From an uncultured Phycisphaerales bacterium (GTDB lineage: Bacteria > Planctomycetota > Phycisphaerae > Tepidisphaerales > Tepidisphaeraceae), in contig CAWJPJ010000005.1 of assembly GCA_963844715.1 (NCBI GenBank), forward strand, positions 128,001 through 192,000: a stretch of DNA of 64,000 bases, written 5' to 3'. The notes under the pieces were generated by a model. It ran no database searches. It was not told where the DNA came from and saw only the letters and a program-made list of their open reading frames with translations. Shown here piece by piece: positions 51,689-62,120 of this stretch. A program made the position numbers and the translations under genes. Position 1 is the first letter of the stretch; each line of letters opens with the position of its first letter.

Positions 51689-52404
51689 GGGTGCTCCGCT
51701 CCTTCCTTGCCATATTCATCATGGCGGTGCCACCAGGTGCTCGCCTTGCTTCGCCGCCCACCGGCGGGGGAGTCTTGCCAATCCTCCTGACGGCCCAAAG
51801 GCGTGAGGTCGAGCAAGGTCCACATGTTCAACCCTTCGACGCCGCGGCCATTGGTATGGTAGGTGCGATAAACATCTTTATCGTCGTGAATGAACACGCT
51901 CAGGCCATATTTCTCGTACTCCTCGGTCGTGAGGCCGAGATCTTTGTTGAAGTCGGAGCCTTCGGAGGAGTACCAGGGATACACCCACCCCATCCGCTTT
52001 TTATATTTTTCGATATTCTTCAGAGGCGCCAGCGAGACCAGGCAGAAGGACGTATCGCGGGCGTGGAAATGCTCGATGTGGCCGAACTGATCCGTCACCA
52101 TCGAGCACCCGACGCACCCCGCGTCCGGCCAGCCTCTCACCGACGGCGCGAACATAAAATGATAGAGAAGGAGTTGCCGCCGGCCTTCGAACAGATCGAG
52201 AAGCGTCAGTTTGCCCTTCGGCCCGTCGAAGAGATATTTCTTTTCGATCCGCACCATCGGCAAGCGCCGCCGCTCCGCGGCCAGCGCGTCAAGCGCATGC
52301 GTGGCCTCCTTTTCCTTGACCAGAAGGGCGTCGCGCGCCTTTTGCCATTCGGCTTCACCGACGATTTTCGGGAATTTGATCGCGTTGTCGCCATGTGATT
52401 TCAT
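51685..52404 (-). CDS. DUF899 thioredoxin-like protein
   Basis: RRRLPMV, LFEGRRQLLLYHFMF, CVGCS, LDLTPLGRQE, WWHRHDEY. Confidence 0.9.
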   Translation of the reverse strand: MKSHGDNAIKFPKIVGEAEWQKARDALLVKEKEATHALDALAAERRRLPMVRIEKKYLFDGPKGKLTLLDLFEGRRQLLLYHFMFAPSVRGWPDAGCVGCSMVTDQFGHIEHFHARDTSFCLVSLAPLKNIEKYKKRMGWVYPWYSSEGSDFNKDLGLTTEEYEKYGLSVFIHDDKDVYRTYHTNGRGVEGLNMWTLLDLTPLGRQEDWQDSPAGGRRSKASTWWHRHDEYGKEGAEHP

Positions 52405-52454
52405 AAATCCGATCCCTTTCATTTGCCTCTTGTCATGCCACGTTGCCGCAGCCA

Positions 52455-53216
52455 TCACCCGTCGTACTCGTTGTGGGGCGCCCCTAGCTACCCTTGCTGC
52501 GTCCCTTGGGCGCACGGTCGAGCCAGGGGTACTTGCCCCAGATCGCTTCCACTCCGCGCATAGGTGGAATACGTGTGGTAGACAACGCCGTCCTCGAGCG
52601 CGAACGCGCTCATGCCTTCCCGCTCGCGTGCATAGGTTCCCACATCGGTCCCCGTCGTGGCCGCGTTATTGGCAGGCGCAGAGGCCGCCGCTTCGGCCCG
52701 GGCGATATTCATCACGGGGTCGTCGCGGCGGAAGTTGTAATCAGCGCCGTCGCGCATTTGCTCGGCAGTGAACGAGACGTGGAAATCAAAATTAAAGTCG
52801 CTCCCGAACGAAGACGCCCAGGGGAAAGTCCAGCCCTTCTGCCGCTTATATGCCTGCAACTTCGCCAGCGGCGCTCGCGACACCGCCCAAAGCACCACGT
52901 CGTGATTCGCCAGGTGGCCGGTAATCCCGTTGAAGCCATCCGCGATGGATGAACACGACGGACACCCCGCCTTGTAGTCGGGCCCGAACATGAAGTGGTA
53001 AACCAGCAATTGCGAACGCCCTCTGAAGAGATCGGGGAGCGATGCTTTCCCTTCATCGGTCTCGAAGATGTATTCCTTCTCGACCCGAACCCACGGCAGC
53101 TCCTGCCGGCGACGCGCCACCTCGTCGCCGTGCCGTGTCAGATCCTTCTCCGCCTTGAGAAGATCGAGCCGGGCTGCAAGCCACTCTTCATGTGTTCCAG
53201 TCTTGTGTCGAGTCAT
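52455..53216 (-). CDS. DUF899 thioredoxin-like protein (3' end frameshifted or degraded)
   Basis: RRQELPWV, LFRGRSQLLVYHFMFGP, CPSCS; WLDRAPKGR in the shifted frame. Confidence 0.85.
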
Positions 53217-53315
53217 GGTTTTCCCTCATTTCAGTTTTCCGCCATTGGGTTACCGTTGACCGCGTTATAAGTTGGTTTAGTTTTGCGCCTTTCACTCATT
53301 TGACGCATCCGTTGA

Positions 53316-54040
53316 TTACGCCCTAGCCGGCTCGGGTTGGAGGTATGCCGCGAACTGGCGCTCCAGCGCCTTGACCGCGCCGTTGCGCCAACCCTCCGCC
53401 ACGGACTCTGACATGGGATCGGGGAAGATTTCCTCCTCGCCTTTCTCCACTCCATCGAGGATGGCCCGCGCAACCGACTCCGGAGAAGCCTTGGGTATGT
53501 CCAGGCCTCTTGTCATGTCCGTGTCCACGGGGCCGGGAAGGACCCTATGGACGCTGACGCCCCGTCCGGCCAACAAAGTGCGCAGCGACTGCGACAGCGA
53601 AAACGCGGCCGCTTTTGAGACGGAATAAGCCGGGCTGAACGGCACGGCGGCAAGGGACGACAACGACAGCACGTTGACAATGGCTCCCCGCGACCGAGTC
53701 AGCAACGGCAGGAAAGCCCGCGTCACATCGTAAGGGCCGAAAAGATTCACGGCGAGTTGCTGTTCGAGCACACGCCGATCGCTAAGGTCATCGAATGGCG
53801 ATACCCCGGCGTTGTTGATGAGCATATCGAGAGATTCGACCTTATCGGCGGCTTCCCGAATCTGCTCCGCCTCGGTCACGTCCAGGGTCAGAGCGATGAC
53901 CCGCCGATCCGAGTGAGCCGAGGCTTGGCGCATACCGGCATACACCCGATTCGCCCCTCTCCTCAACGCTTCCTCGACCAGCGCCGCCCAATCCCACGAT
54001 TAGCTCCAGTGATCAGGATTGTCTTGTTCGCGATTTGCAT
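53316..54040 (-). CDS. SDR oxidoreductase; indel at ~53985
   Basis: MQIANKTILITGANRGIG, NNAG, YSVSK, PGPVDTDM. Confidence 0.88.
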
Positions 54041-54186
54041 AAACGGTCCTTTCCAAAAATCGGGCGAGCCGCGTTCAGCGGAAGTTATTTTCAAACGTAA
54101 TTCGCTCGACGGAGACACAAGGATACGTCCATCCCTTTCGTTTCTTATAGCTCGCAGCGCTTATTACAGGAGCCAGGGATCCAGTT

Positions 54187-54612
54187 CTATCCGCGCTTTT
54201 TCTCCGCGGCGCTGCGAATCATCTCCAGCATCTCTCCCCAGCCTTTGCTGACATCTTGCTGGAGTTGGGGCGGGATGAGACCCATGGCCTGGTGCGTGAA
54301 TTTCAGCAACGTGCCGCCGTCCTGTTCGGTGAGGCGGTACTGGATGAACGAGATCGCCGGATAGGACATCATCGTCGGCCCGACGAGTTCCAAAAGTTTC
54401 GGCGGCTTGATGACCTGGACATGTCCCCACAGGTGCCCGGTGTTATTGCCCAGGTCTCGGAACCAGCGCCCGCCGGGCCACGGCTCGAGCTTCATCTTCA
54501 TTTCCTTCATCGGGCCGTGGGGTTCGAGGACGGTTTCGAAGACCACATCCGCCGGCGCGGCGATCTGCACTTCTTTGACGACGTTGAGGACTCTGATTTC
54601 TTCACTGGCCAT
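54187..54612 (-). CDS. SRPBCC/AHSA1 domain protein
   Basis: IAAPADVVF, LEPWPGGRWFRD, IKPPKLLE, GW..ML. Confidence 0.85.
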   Translation of the reverse strand: MASEEIRVLNVVKEVQIAAPADVVFETVLEPHGPMKEMKMKLEPWPGGRWFRDLGNNTGHLWGHVQVIKPPKLLELVGPTMMSYPAISFIQYRLTEQDGGTLLKFTHQAMGLIPPQLQQDVSKGWGEMLEMIRSAAEKKRG

Positions 54613-55000
54613 GACTCTGCTCCTTTAAACGGGGTTGATGTTTGGACGCGGCCGGATCGTGGGCCGCGCGTTGTTTGGCTTTTCGTTCGGCGGCTTCCTT
54701 GATGCCGTCGAGATGTTCGGTCCAGAAGCGCTCGAAGTTTTGAATCCAGTCGTGCACAGGTTTGAGCTCCTTCGGGTTGAGCCGATACAGGCGATGTTGC
54801 CCCGCTTTGTGAACCGCAACGACACCCACCTTTCGCAGCACGCCCAGGTGCTTCGAAACAGCCGGCTGGGGCAGGCCGAGCTTGATGACCAGCTCCGTCA
54901 CATTACGTTCGTCCCCCAGGGCCAGGTAATCGACAATCTCCCGCCGCCGGGGCTCGGCAATGGCGTTGAACACATCCGAGGTCGTGGCGGCTCGAGGCAT
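54602..55000 (-). CDS. ArsR/SmtB family regulator
   Basis: DVFNAIAEPRRREI, QPAVSKHLGVL, YRLN. Confidence 0.92.
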   Translation of the reverse strand: MPRAATTSDVFNAIAEPRRREIVDYLALGDERNVTELVIKLGLPQPAVSKHLGVLRKVGVVAVHKAGQHRLYRLNPKELKPVHDWIQNFERFWTEHLDGIKEAAERKAKQRAAHDPAASKHQPRLKEQSHGQ

Positions 55001-55034
55001 GGGATTAGTATATTCTCGTATGGGAATATGTCAA
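55001..55034 (-). promoter_or_regulatory. Leaderless promoter with ArsR-type operator
   Basis: TTGACA-16nt-TATACT-6nt-ATG; imperfect palindrome ATATTCCC-ATAC-GAGAATAT. Confidence 0.8.
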
Positions 55035-55270
55035 GGAAAAATATTTGGGTGGGTTGGAAATCCTCCATCGGGCTCGATCGGAACGCCGCTGGGCTCAACA
55101 TAGGGAAGTTATCGCACATGCCGTTTGGCTGGAACGAAAAGCCAGGTCGGCCACGCAGCGCGTCGATCCGGGCCGCTAACGGAAATCGAATTTTGTAGGA
55201 TTGTTCGACCGTTGCTCTTTGAGATTTGATCGGGCTACCATTACCTCGATCAATTTGGAGTGAATCCAAC

Positions 55271-56023
55271 ATGCCATCAAAACTTTCTCGAAAAGTCGCG
55301 GTTGTGACCGGTGCATCCAAAGGACTCGGTGCGGAAATTGCTCGGCAGCTTGCAAGCGAAGGAGCTTCGGTTGTCGTCAATTATTCGACCAGCCGGTCGG
55401 GCGCCGACAAAGTCGTAGCCGACATCACCTCCAAAGGCGGCAAGGCCATTGCCGTCCAGGCTGATGTATCGAAGGCTTCGGATGTAAAGCGATTGTTCGC
55501 GGAGACGAAGAAGGCGTTCGGGCGACTGGATGTGCTGGTCAACAACGCGGGCATTTATCAGTTTGCACCGCTGGAGGAAATCACCCCCGAAGATTTTCAC
55601 AAGCATTTCGACCTCAATGTACTGGGCGTGATCCTGACGACCCAGGAGGCGGTCAAGCTTTTCGGACCTGACGGGGGAAGCATCGTGAATATCAGTTCCA
55701 TGGCGTCCACCGAGTCGTTGCCCAGCTGCGGTGTCTACGCGGCGTCAAAAGCCGCCGTTAATTCCCTGACGCGGGTTTTCGCAGCCGAGCTAGGTGGCAG
55801 GAAAATCCGCGTCAACACGGTTGCCTGCGGCCCGGTAGCAACCGAAGGCGCCGTCGAATTCAGCGATCCCAACAGCGACTTTTATAAAATGTACGTGGCA
55901 AGGGCGAAGCTCGGCCGCATTGGTCAACCGAACGACATCGCTCCGGCCGTCGTCTATTTCGCGTCGGACGATTCGAAGTGGGTGACCGGCGAAACGCTTT
56001 TTGTCACGGGGGGATTCGGATAG
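55271..56023 (+). CDS. SDR oxidoreductase (glucose 1-dehydrogenase/FabG-like)
   Basis: TGASKGLG, NNAG, YAASK, WVTGETLFVTGG. Confidence 0.9.
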   Translation: MPSKLSRKVAVVTGASKGLGAEIARQLASEGASVVVNYSTSRSGADKVVADITSKGGKAIAVQADVSKASDVKRLFAETKKAFGRLDVLVNNAGIYQFAPLEEITPEDFHKHFDLNVLGVILTTQEAVKLFGPDGGSIVNISSMASTESLPSCGVYAASKAAVNSLTRVFAAELGGRKIRVNTVACGPVATEGAVEFSDPNSDFYKMYVARAKLGRIGQPNDIAPAVVYFASDDSKWVTGETLFVTGGFG

Positions 56024-56060
56024 CTCGCAAATTGCCTTGGCCATTCATCGGGAGAGATTC

Positions 56061-56507
56061 ATGCTCGCTGAAACTTCGAATCAGTCCCACTTGCGTCGCT
56101 CGGCACAGATCCTTGGGTATACGACACTCCGACTGGCGATGGGAATGAGCATGGCGATGCACGGGCTGGCCCGCATGCCCAAATATCGTGTGTTTATCGA
56201 CGGGACGCTGAAGCTCTTCGCCCATTCGCCGCTGCCGGCGCCGGCGGTACGCGCGTTCGCGGGAATCACGCCATTTGCCGAGCTGCTAATCGGCATTCTT
56301 GTTTTTTTCGGATTCCGGACCCTGTTAGGCCTTACGCTCGGGGGCCTCTGGATGGTCATCCTGATATTCGGCAGCACCCTCATCGAAAACTATGAGGTTG
56401 TCAGTATTCAGCTACTCTACTCCCTGATCTTCTTTCTTCTCCTCCAACATTTGGACCAAAATATCATTTCGGTCGACGGGCTGATTATTCGCCGACGGGC
56501 AACCTAA
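56061..56507 (+). CDS. DoxX family membrane protein
   Basis: LRLAMG...HGL.R, PFAELLIG, SVD terminal motif. Confidence 0.8.
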   Translation: MLAETSNQSHLRRSAQILGYTTLRLAMGMSMAMHGLARMPKYRVFIDGTLKLFAHSPLPAPAVRAFAGITPFAELLIGILVFFGFRTLLGLTLGGLWMVILIFGSTLIENYEVVSIQLLYSLIFFLLLQHLDQNIISVDGLIIRRRAT

Positions 56508-56519
56508 TAAACACGTAAT

Positions 56520-56651
56520 AAGGTGACATCCATAATTTCCATGGGATTTCGAAAACCACCGCCCGCGATGACCGGGTCAATCGTTGAAGATTTCGCCGAT
56601 AAATTGGCAATCGGATTTCGGCGGATACCGAATTGATGGATGTCACCTTTT
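56520..56651. repeat. Inverted pair of ATGGATGTCACCTT motifs (copies 2 and 3)
   Basis: AAGGTGACATCCAT at 56520-56533 and ATGGATGTCACCTTTT at 56636-56651. Confidence 0.85.
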
Positions 56652-57074
56652 AGCCTTTTCTGACTTGGAAGCAATACGGGCGCTCTATCAGCATCTGCAT
56701 CCTTCGGATCCAATGCTGCCGACCGGCGAATTGCGCGAGGCCTGGCATGCGCTGCTGGGAAATCCATCGGTTCATTGCCTTGTCGGAGAAATCGAAGGGG
56801 TCCTTGTTTCGACATGCACACTTGTGCTCGTACCCAACCTGACCCGATCGGCCCGCCCCTACGGTTTTATCGAGAATGTTGTCACGCACGAGGCGCACCG
56901 GCGAAAAGGTCTGGGAACTGCAATTCTAAAAGGCGCCTCGATCTGGCATGGGGCCAAGGCTGCTACAAAGTCATGCTGATGACCGGCTCGACCAAAGAGC
57001 AAACCCTGCGATTTTACGAGCATGCGGGATTTCGGCGAGGTGAAAAGACCGCGTTCGTCGCCCGCCCTGGCTGA
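56652..57074 (+). pseudogene. GNAT acetyltransferase lacking a normal start; indel at ~56938
   Basis: DLEAIRALYQHL, VPNLTRSARPYGFIENVVT..RRKGLG, CYKVMLMTG, FYEHAGF; begins right after motif copy 3. Confidence 0.75.
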
Positions 57075-57274
57075 CTCCAGACCGTTCCCCTCGCGGCAGC
57101 GTCCGCAAAACGGATTCGACCGTGACTTATCAGATCCGGGTGGCCGCACACCAATCGAACTGTTTGCCTGCTTTTTCGCGAAATTCGGAGGCTTCGGCTT
57201 CGTCACAATAACGGCCACGTAACGTCACGGCTGTCAATATCCGCCCATCGCGCTTCCCCGTCACATGGTTCTTC

Positions 57275-58210
57275 GTGCTGCTTTTCGCGCTCGCGGCAGT
57301 GCGGACGTCTCTCTTTCGTTTTGTCCCGCCATCTGTCGTTCCGTATGTCCTCTGGCCTTACTTATTTAGCCCGAGCCTCGTTGGTCTGATCATGATTCTG
57401 TGGCTGCAGGGCCTCCCGGGGATTCGAAGAGTAGTCCAAAAGCTGACTCCCCGGGCGGTTGGGCGAGCTTGGCCGATGCTGGCAATCTGCGTGCTTTTGC
57501 CATTGGCGTGCCTGCCGCTGTTCATCGCTCTCCTAGCCGCGTGCGGCACCCCCGCTCCGTCCCTGTGGAGGATCAACCTTTCAGCATATTTCTACGCCGC
57601 GTTCATCAGCAAGGGATTGCTCGGGCCGGGAATTATCGAGGAGATCGGCTGGCGCGGATTCGCTTTGCCATATCTTCAGCGTCGTTACACCGCCTTGGCA
57701 AGCAGCGTCATTATTGGCGTCGCGTGGGCGCTGTGGCACGTTCCGTTTCTCGTGAACGAAAGCCCCGTACCCTGGCGATACGTGGCGCTGTTCATCCCCC
57801 AAGTCATCGTATATTCGATCCTCTTCACGTGGGTTTACAACACAACCGGTGGAAGCCTGCTCGCGGTGATCCTGCTGCACGGAGCCATCAACGCCCGGCA
57901 ATTTCTGGCCGATTGGCGCCTTCTGCCGGACACGGCCACGACGCAAATCCTGGAGGGGATGCCGTTTCTCCTCATAGCGGTCGCCATATTGCGGCGATAT
58001 GGGCCTTCAACTCTGTCTCGATGCGAGCGTGTCGCGGCGCCATTACCTGAGTCGTTGAATTCGCGGGCGACACCAACATCGATGGATGTCACCTTTTACT
58101 CCCACCCTTTAGCCGCTTCTATTTTTGGCCGCGCCCGTGTTCCGCAACCGCCCAAAGGCGGAGGTCTCCGAAAAGTTTCGCGAGTGCCGCAGGCTGGTAG
58201 TGGGCGTTAA
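57275..58210 (+). CDS. CPBP (CAAX protease/Abi) family intramembrane protease; termini uncertain
   Basis: EEIGWRGF, WALWHVP, LLHGAIN. Confidence 0.85.
   Translation: MLLFALAAVRTSLFRFVPPSVVPYVLWPYLFSPSLVGLIMILWLQGLPGIRRVVQKLTPRAVGRAWPMLAICVLLPLACLPLFIALLAACGTPAPSLWRINLSAYFYAAFISKGLLGPGIIEEIGWRGFALPYLQRRYTALASSVIIGVAWALWHVPFLVNESPVPWRYVALFIPQVIVYSILFTWVYNTTGGSLLAVILLHGAINARQFLADWRLLPDTATTQILEGMPFLLIAVAILRRYGPSTLSRCERVAAPLPESLNSRATPTSMDVTFYSHPLAASIFGRARVPQPPKGGGLRKVSRVPQAGSGR
58082..58097 (+). repeat. ATGGATGTCACCTT motif, copy 4
   Basis: Exact match, between the CPBP body and the mug stop. Confidence 0.85.
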
Positions 58211-58704
58211 TCCCGCTGGGGTTCGGAAGAACCCAGGCGTGGCTCCCGCCGAAAAGCGGCTTTTGCAGCCCGACGCGGGCGTCTTTGATGCCGGAGACGA
58301 CTCGATAGGGATGAATGCCGACAAACGCGACCACCGTCGGCCGCCAGCGCCTGACTTTCGCCTCAAGCCGCCGCCCGCCGGCGCGAAGTTCGTCGTCGGT
58401 CAGTTCATCCGCCCGCGCGGTCGCGCGCCGGACGATGTTGGTGATCCCGAACCCGAGGTCCAGAAGAAGCGATTCTTCAAACGGCGAGAACAGCCGCGGC
58501 GTGAATCCGCCGTCGTAAAGAGCCGGCCAGAATCGATTACCAGGCCGCCCGAAGTGACGCCCAATCGCGGTGGTGTACAGCCCGGGATTGATCCCCGCGA
58601 AAAGGACGATGAGGTCTTTGGCCGCAAGATCCGAGATGAACTTCCCGCGCGGCCAGGAGCTGCGCTTTCGTGGGTTTCCAGGGAGTGGGTAATGTCCGAT
58701 CCAT
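58119..58704 (-). CDS. mug: G/U mismatch-specific DNA glycosylase; indel at ~58648
   Basis: KPTKAQLLAA then LFAGINPG, HFGRPGNRFW, LPNPSG. Confidence 0.9.
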
Positions 58705-58875
58705 AGGCCGGCGTCCTCGAAGGGCATCCTGCGGCAATCGGAAGACTGTAGCGGGGCAATCTCAGAAAGAGAATCCAGTTGGAGAATCCAGTTGACCTGC
58801 TGCGGCAAAAGTTACCGCCGGGACCGGGAATGAATCGGAGGGAATCAAAAAAAAGGGAGAAAAAAGGAGAAAGAA

Positions 58876-58891
58876 AAAAGGTGACATCCAT
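58876..58891 (-). repeat. ATGGATGTCACCTT motif, copy 5
   Basis: AAAAGGTGACATCCAT, 42 bp beyond the S53 gene stop. Confidence 0.85.
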
Positions 58892-58933
58892 CATTTCGAC
58901 GGTGCTCAAAATTCGCGGGCCTCTCACAGTGGG

Positions 58934-61769
58934 TCAATCGTCCAAGATTTCATCGATGAGTTGCGAATCCGGTGTCGTCGAACCGGTGTCCGCGTCGCTC
59001 GCGCCGCCTTGCGACGCCCTCGCCGCCACAAAAGCAGGCGAAATGGTGTCCGGCGTCTCCACCGCGGCCGGCGCTGCGGCGGGTTGCGTCGTCGTCGGCA
59101 CAACCGCCGGCGTGAGCGAAATCCACGAAAACCACTCGCGCCATTTCAGTGGAATAGCCAGGACTTCAAACGAGTTAGTCGAGCTTGCGGTAAGAGAGCC
59201 GTCCGTGAAGTTGAAGGTAAACGTGCCGCGTTGCGCGGGGTAGAGATTGTTGAAGTGTGCGTAGCCGCCGGCGACTTGGGCGGTGGTGTTGCCGTTGAGG
59301 GGGACGTCAGGGGTCGCGGTCACGCTCACCGTCGAGGCATCGTTCGTCGCCAGGTTCCCAAATTGATCCTCCAGCGCCAGAACCGTGTCCAGCGAGACGG
59401 GACCATATTGCCCGGCTACGAAATTCTGCGCCACGATCTGCATCTGTGTAGCCGCCCCGGCGGAGACGCTAAAACTGCTAGACGTAGCCACAGCGAGGGA
59501 GCCGTCCGTGGCTTCGACCGTATACGTGCCGGCTTTGGTGATCGTGAGATTGCCGAACGTCGCCTGCCCGCTGACGGCCGCGGCTGTGGTCGTGCCAGAT
59601 AAAGTTCCAGGGCCGCTGGCAACCGCGATCGTCACGCTCGACGAATCGCCGCCGATCACATTTCCAAACTGATCTTCAACATCAACCGTCACCGCCGGCG
59701 AGATCGCATCCCCCGCGACAACGTCCGTCGGTTGCTGCACAAACGCCAACCGTTCCGCCGTAGCCGGCGAGACCGTGAAGCCGACCGAAGTCGCGGCCGT
59801 CAGCGCGCCATCCGCGGCAGTGAGCGTGTAAGTTCCCGCTGCGTCGATGACAAGATTGCTGAAAGTCGCCACGCCGCTCACGGCCGCGACTGTTACGGTT
59901 CCGCTCACGGCCCCAGGCCCGGTCGCGACGGAAATCGTGACATTGGAATTGTTGGTCGTGACAAGATTCCCATCCGGGTCTTCCAAATCGACGACCAGCG
60001 CCGGCGCGATATCAGCCCCCGCGACAACATCGCTGGGTCCCTGCACAATAATCAACTGAGACGCGGCCGCGGCCGTAATGGTAAAGCTGTTGGAAGTCGC
60101 GCCGGCGAGCGACCCGTCGGCGCCCTCGAGGGTGTAAGCCCCAGGGTGGTTCACCGAAAGATTGCTGAATGTGGCCACACCGTCCACGGCGGCGACCGTC
60201 GTTGTGCCGGACAAAGTCCCCGAGCCGCTGGCCAGCGACAGGGTCACGTCCGACGAATCGGTGGTCACAACATTTCCGAATTGATCCTCGACATCGATGG
60301 TAACGGCGGGCGTGATAGACGCTCCAGCCGAGACGCCGGTCGGCTGCTGCGAAAACGCAAGTTGTGCGGCGGCGCCAGCCGAGACCGTGAAGCTGCTTGA
60401 TGTCGCTTTGTCGAGGCTATCGTCGCTTGCGGTGAGCGTATAAGTCCCGGCCTCGTCAATTTTGACATCGCTGAAAGTCGCCACGCCGTTCACCGCGTTA
60501 ACGGTTACCGTGCCGGTCAGCGTGCCTGGCCCGGTGTTCACGGCAAGGGTGACGCTCGAATCATCGGTCGTGACGATGTTGCCATTGGAATCCTCGACAT
60601 CGACGACCAGCGACGGCGAAATCGCGCTCCCGGCGGTTGCATTCGATGGCTGCACATTAAACGCCAATTCCGCGGCGACGGGTCCCGACCCGCCTTCGGT
60701 GATATTGCTGCCGACGAGAGCCGAGATAATTTTTTCGCCGATCGGGCTCCCCAGGCCGGTATTACCGAAGCCGGTGATGGCATTGAAATCCGTCGAAGGC
60801 AGCCCCTCGATATCCGGGATGGTTTGCGAAGGACCGTCGAGGGAAGAAAGCCCGAGGAGTGCCCGGCCCTGATCGGCCAGAGCGATAATGGCCGCCCACT
60901 GCGGCGTGCCGGCGCTGGTTCCGCCAACAACCTCCCATCCGGATTCGCCTTGATACTCGAGGGAATCGTAAACGAGAAAGCCCGTATTCGGGTCGGCATC
61001 ATAGGAAACGTCCGGCGTGGTCGTCCCCTCGTAGGGGCTGGTTCCGCCGCCGCTGTCGACCCACGGAGATTCGCTCAGCCAATTGCCCGAATTATCGACT
61101 TCCAATGTCGTTCCACCGACGGCCAAAACATTGGGGGACGTCGAAGGGAAATTCGTCTCCCCGTCATCCCCCGACGCGGCCAGGAAAGTAATGCCCGCGT
61201 GTCCGGAAGGCGTGGTGAAATCATGATCGTAAGCGGTCTCGCCCGAGAACTCGGGGGACGATCCCCAGCTCATGGAGACGGCCACCACGCCGGTCTGCGA
61301 GGCCGCCCAGGTTTCGGCCTGGGTGAGCGCCGAGATGCTCGTGGAATTCGCTTCGACGAGCATGATGTTGGCCTCGGGCGCAATGGCGTGGGCCCATTCA
61401 ACGTCGAGAGATTCTTCCAGCCCCCAGCCTGCGTCGGGGGAGACGGCGCCCTCGGGCGTTTCGACGGTCAGGACAAATTCCCCGTTGGCGTTGTCGTTGG
61501 TGATGCCGAAGTTGGCGTCGAAGGTTTCCAGATCGCTGACGATGTTGGGGTCCCCGTAGGCATCCACGATGGCGATCGTCTCCCCCGCCGCCGGTGGCGT
61601 TCACGGTCTGGCCGTTGTATCTGAATATGATGTCTTTGAGTTGGTACGCCTGCTCGATCATGGCGGGGGAGAGGCCGCCGGGCGAGCCGGACGTATCGAC
61701 GGAAAACAGCAGCCTCCGCTCGAGGCGCTCGATGGCGACCCTGGCATGCTTGCGCTGAAGCGGGATCAT
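58934..61769 (-). CDS. Secreted S53 (sedolisin) peptidase with Ig-like repeats; indel at ~61585
   Basis: IERLERRLLFS export motif; EESLDVE, ASGDDG, GGTSAG catalytic motifs; ~5 LAF.QQP...GVATFS repeats. Confidence 0.88.
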
Positions 61770-62027
61770 GGACCCTCCCACGGGGGAGATTTTAGCAAAA
61801 AAGCCGGCCAGGGCCGCCACGGTAAACAAGGCCTGGGCAACACTACATAGGCCTGTGACGAATCCCTGACCGGTTGACTGAGGTTGGCAAATTAGGGGAT
61901 GCCGCCTTAAGAGATGGTGAAGAAGACAGGTATTTTTGAATCGAAGAATACTTTTTTTCGCCAGCCGGATTCTTCATGTATTCTTAAGGTGTGCGAACGT
62001 AAGGTGTGACTTCGTGTTAGAATACCT

Positions 62028-62072
62028 GCCCCCCCACCCCAACCCTCCCCCCGAGTACAGGTGGAGGGGGAA
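62028..62072 (+). repeat. REP-like palindrome, diverged copy 3
   Basis: CCCCCACCCCAACCCTCCCCCCGAGTACAGGTGGAGGGGGAA shares the GAGTAC loop and leader. Confidence 0.65.
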
Positions 62073-62120
62073 GAAGGCGAGCGCACTTTTAATGGGAAAT
62101 GAATAAGTGGGTCCAGGCTG

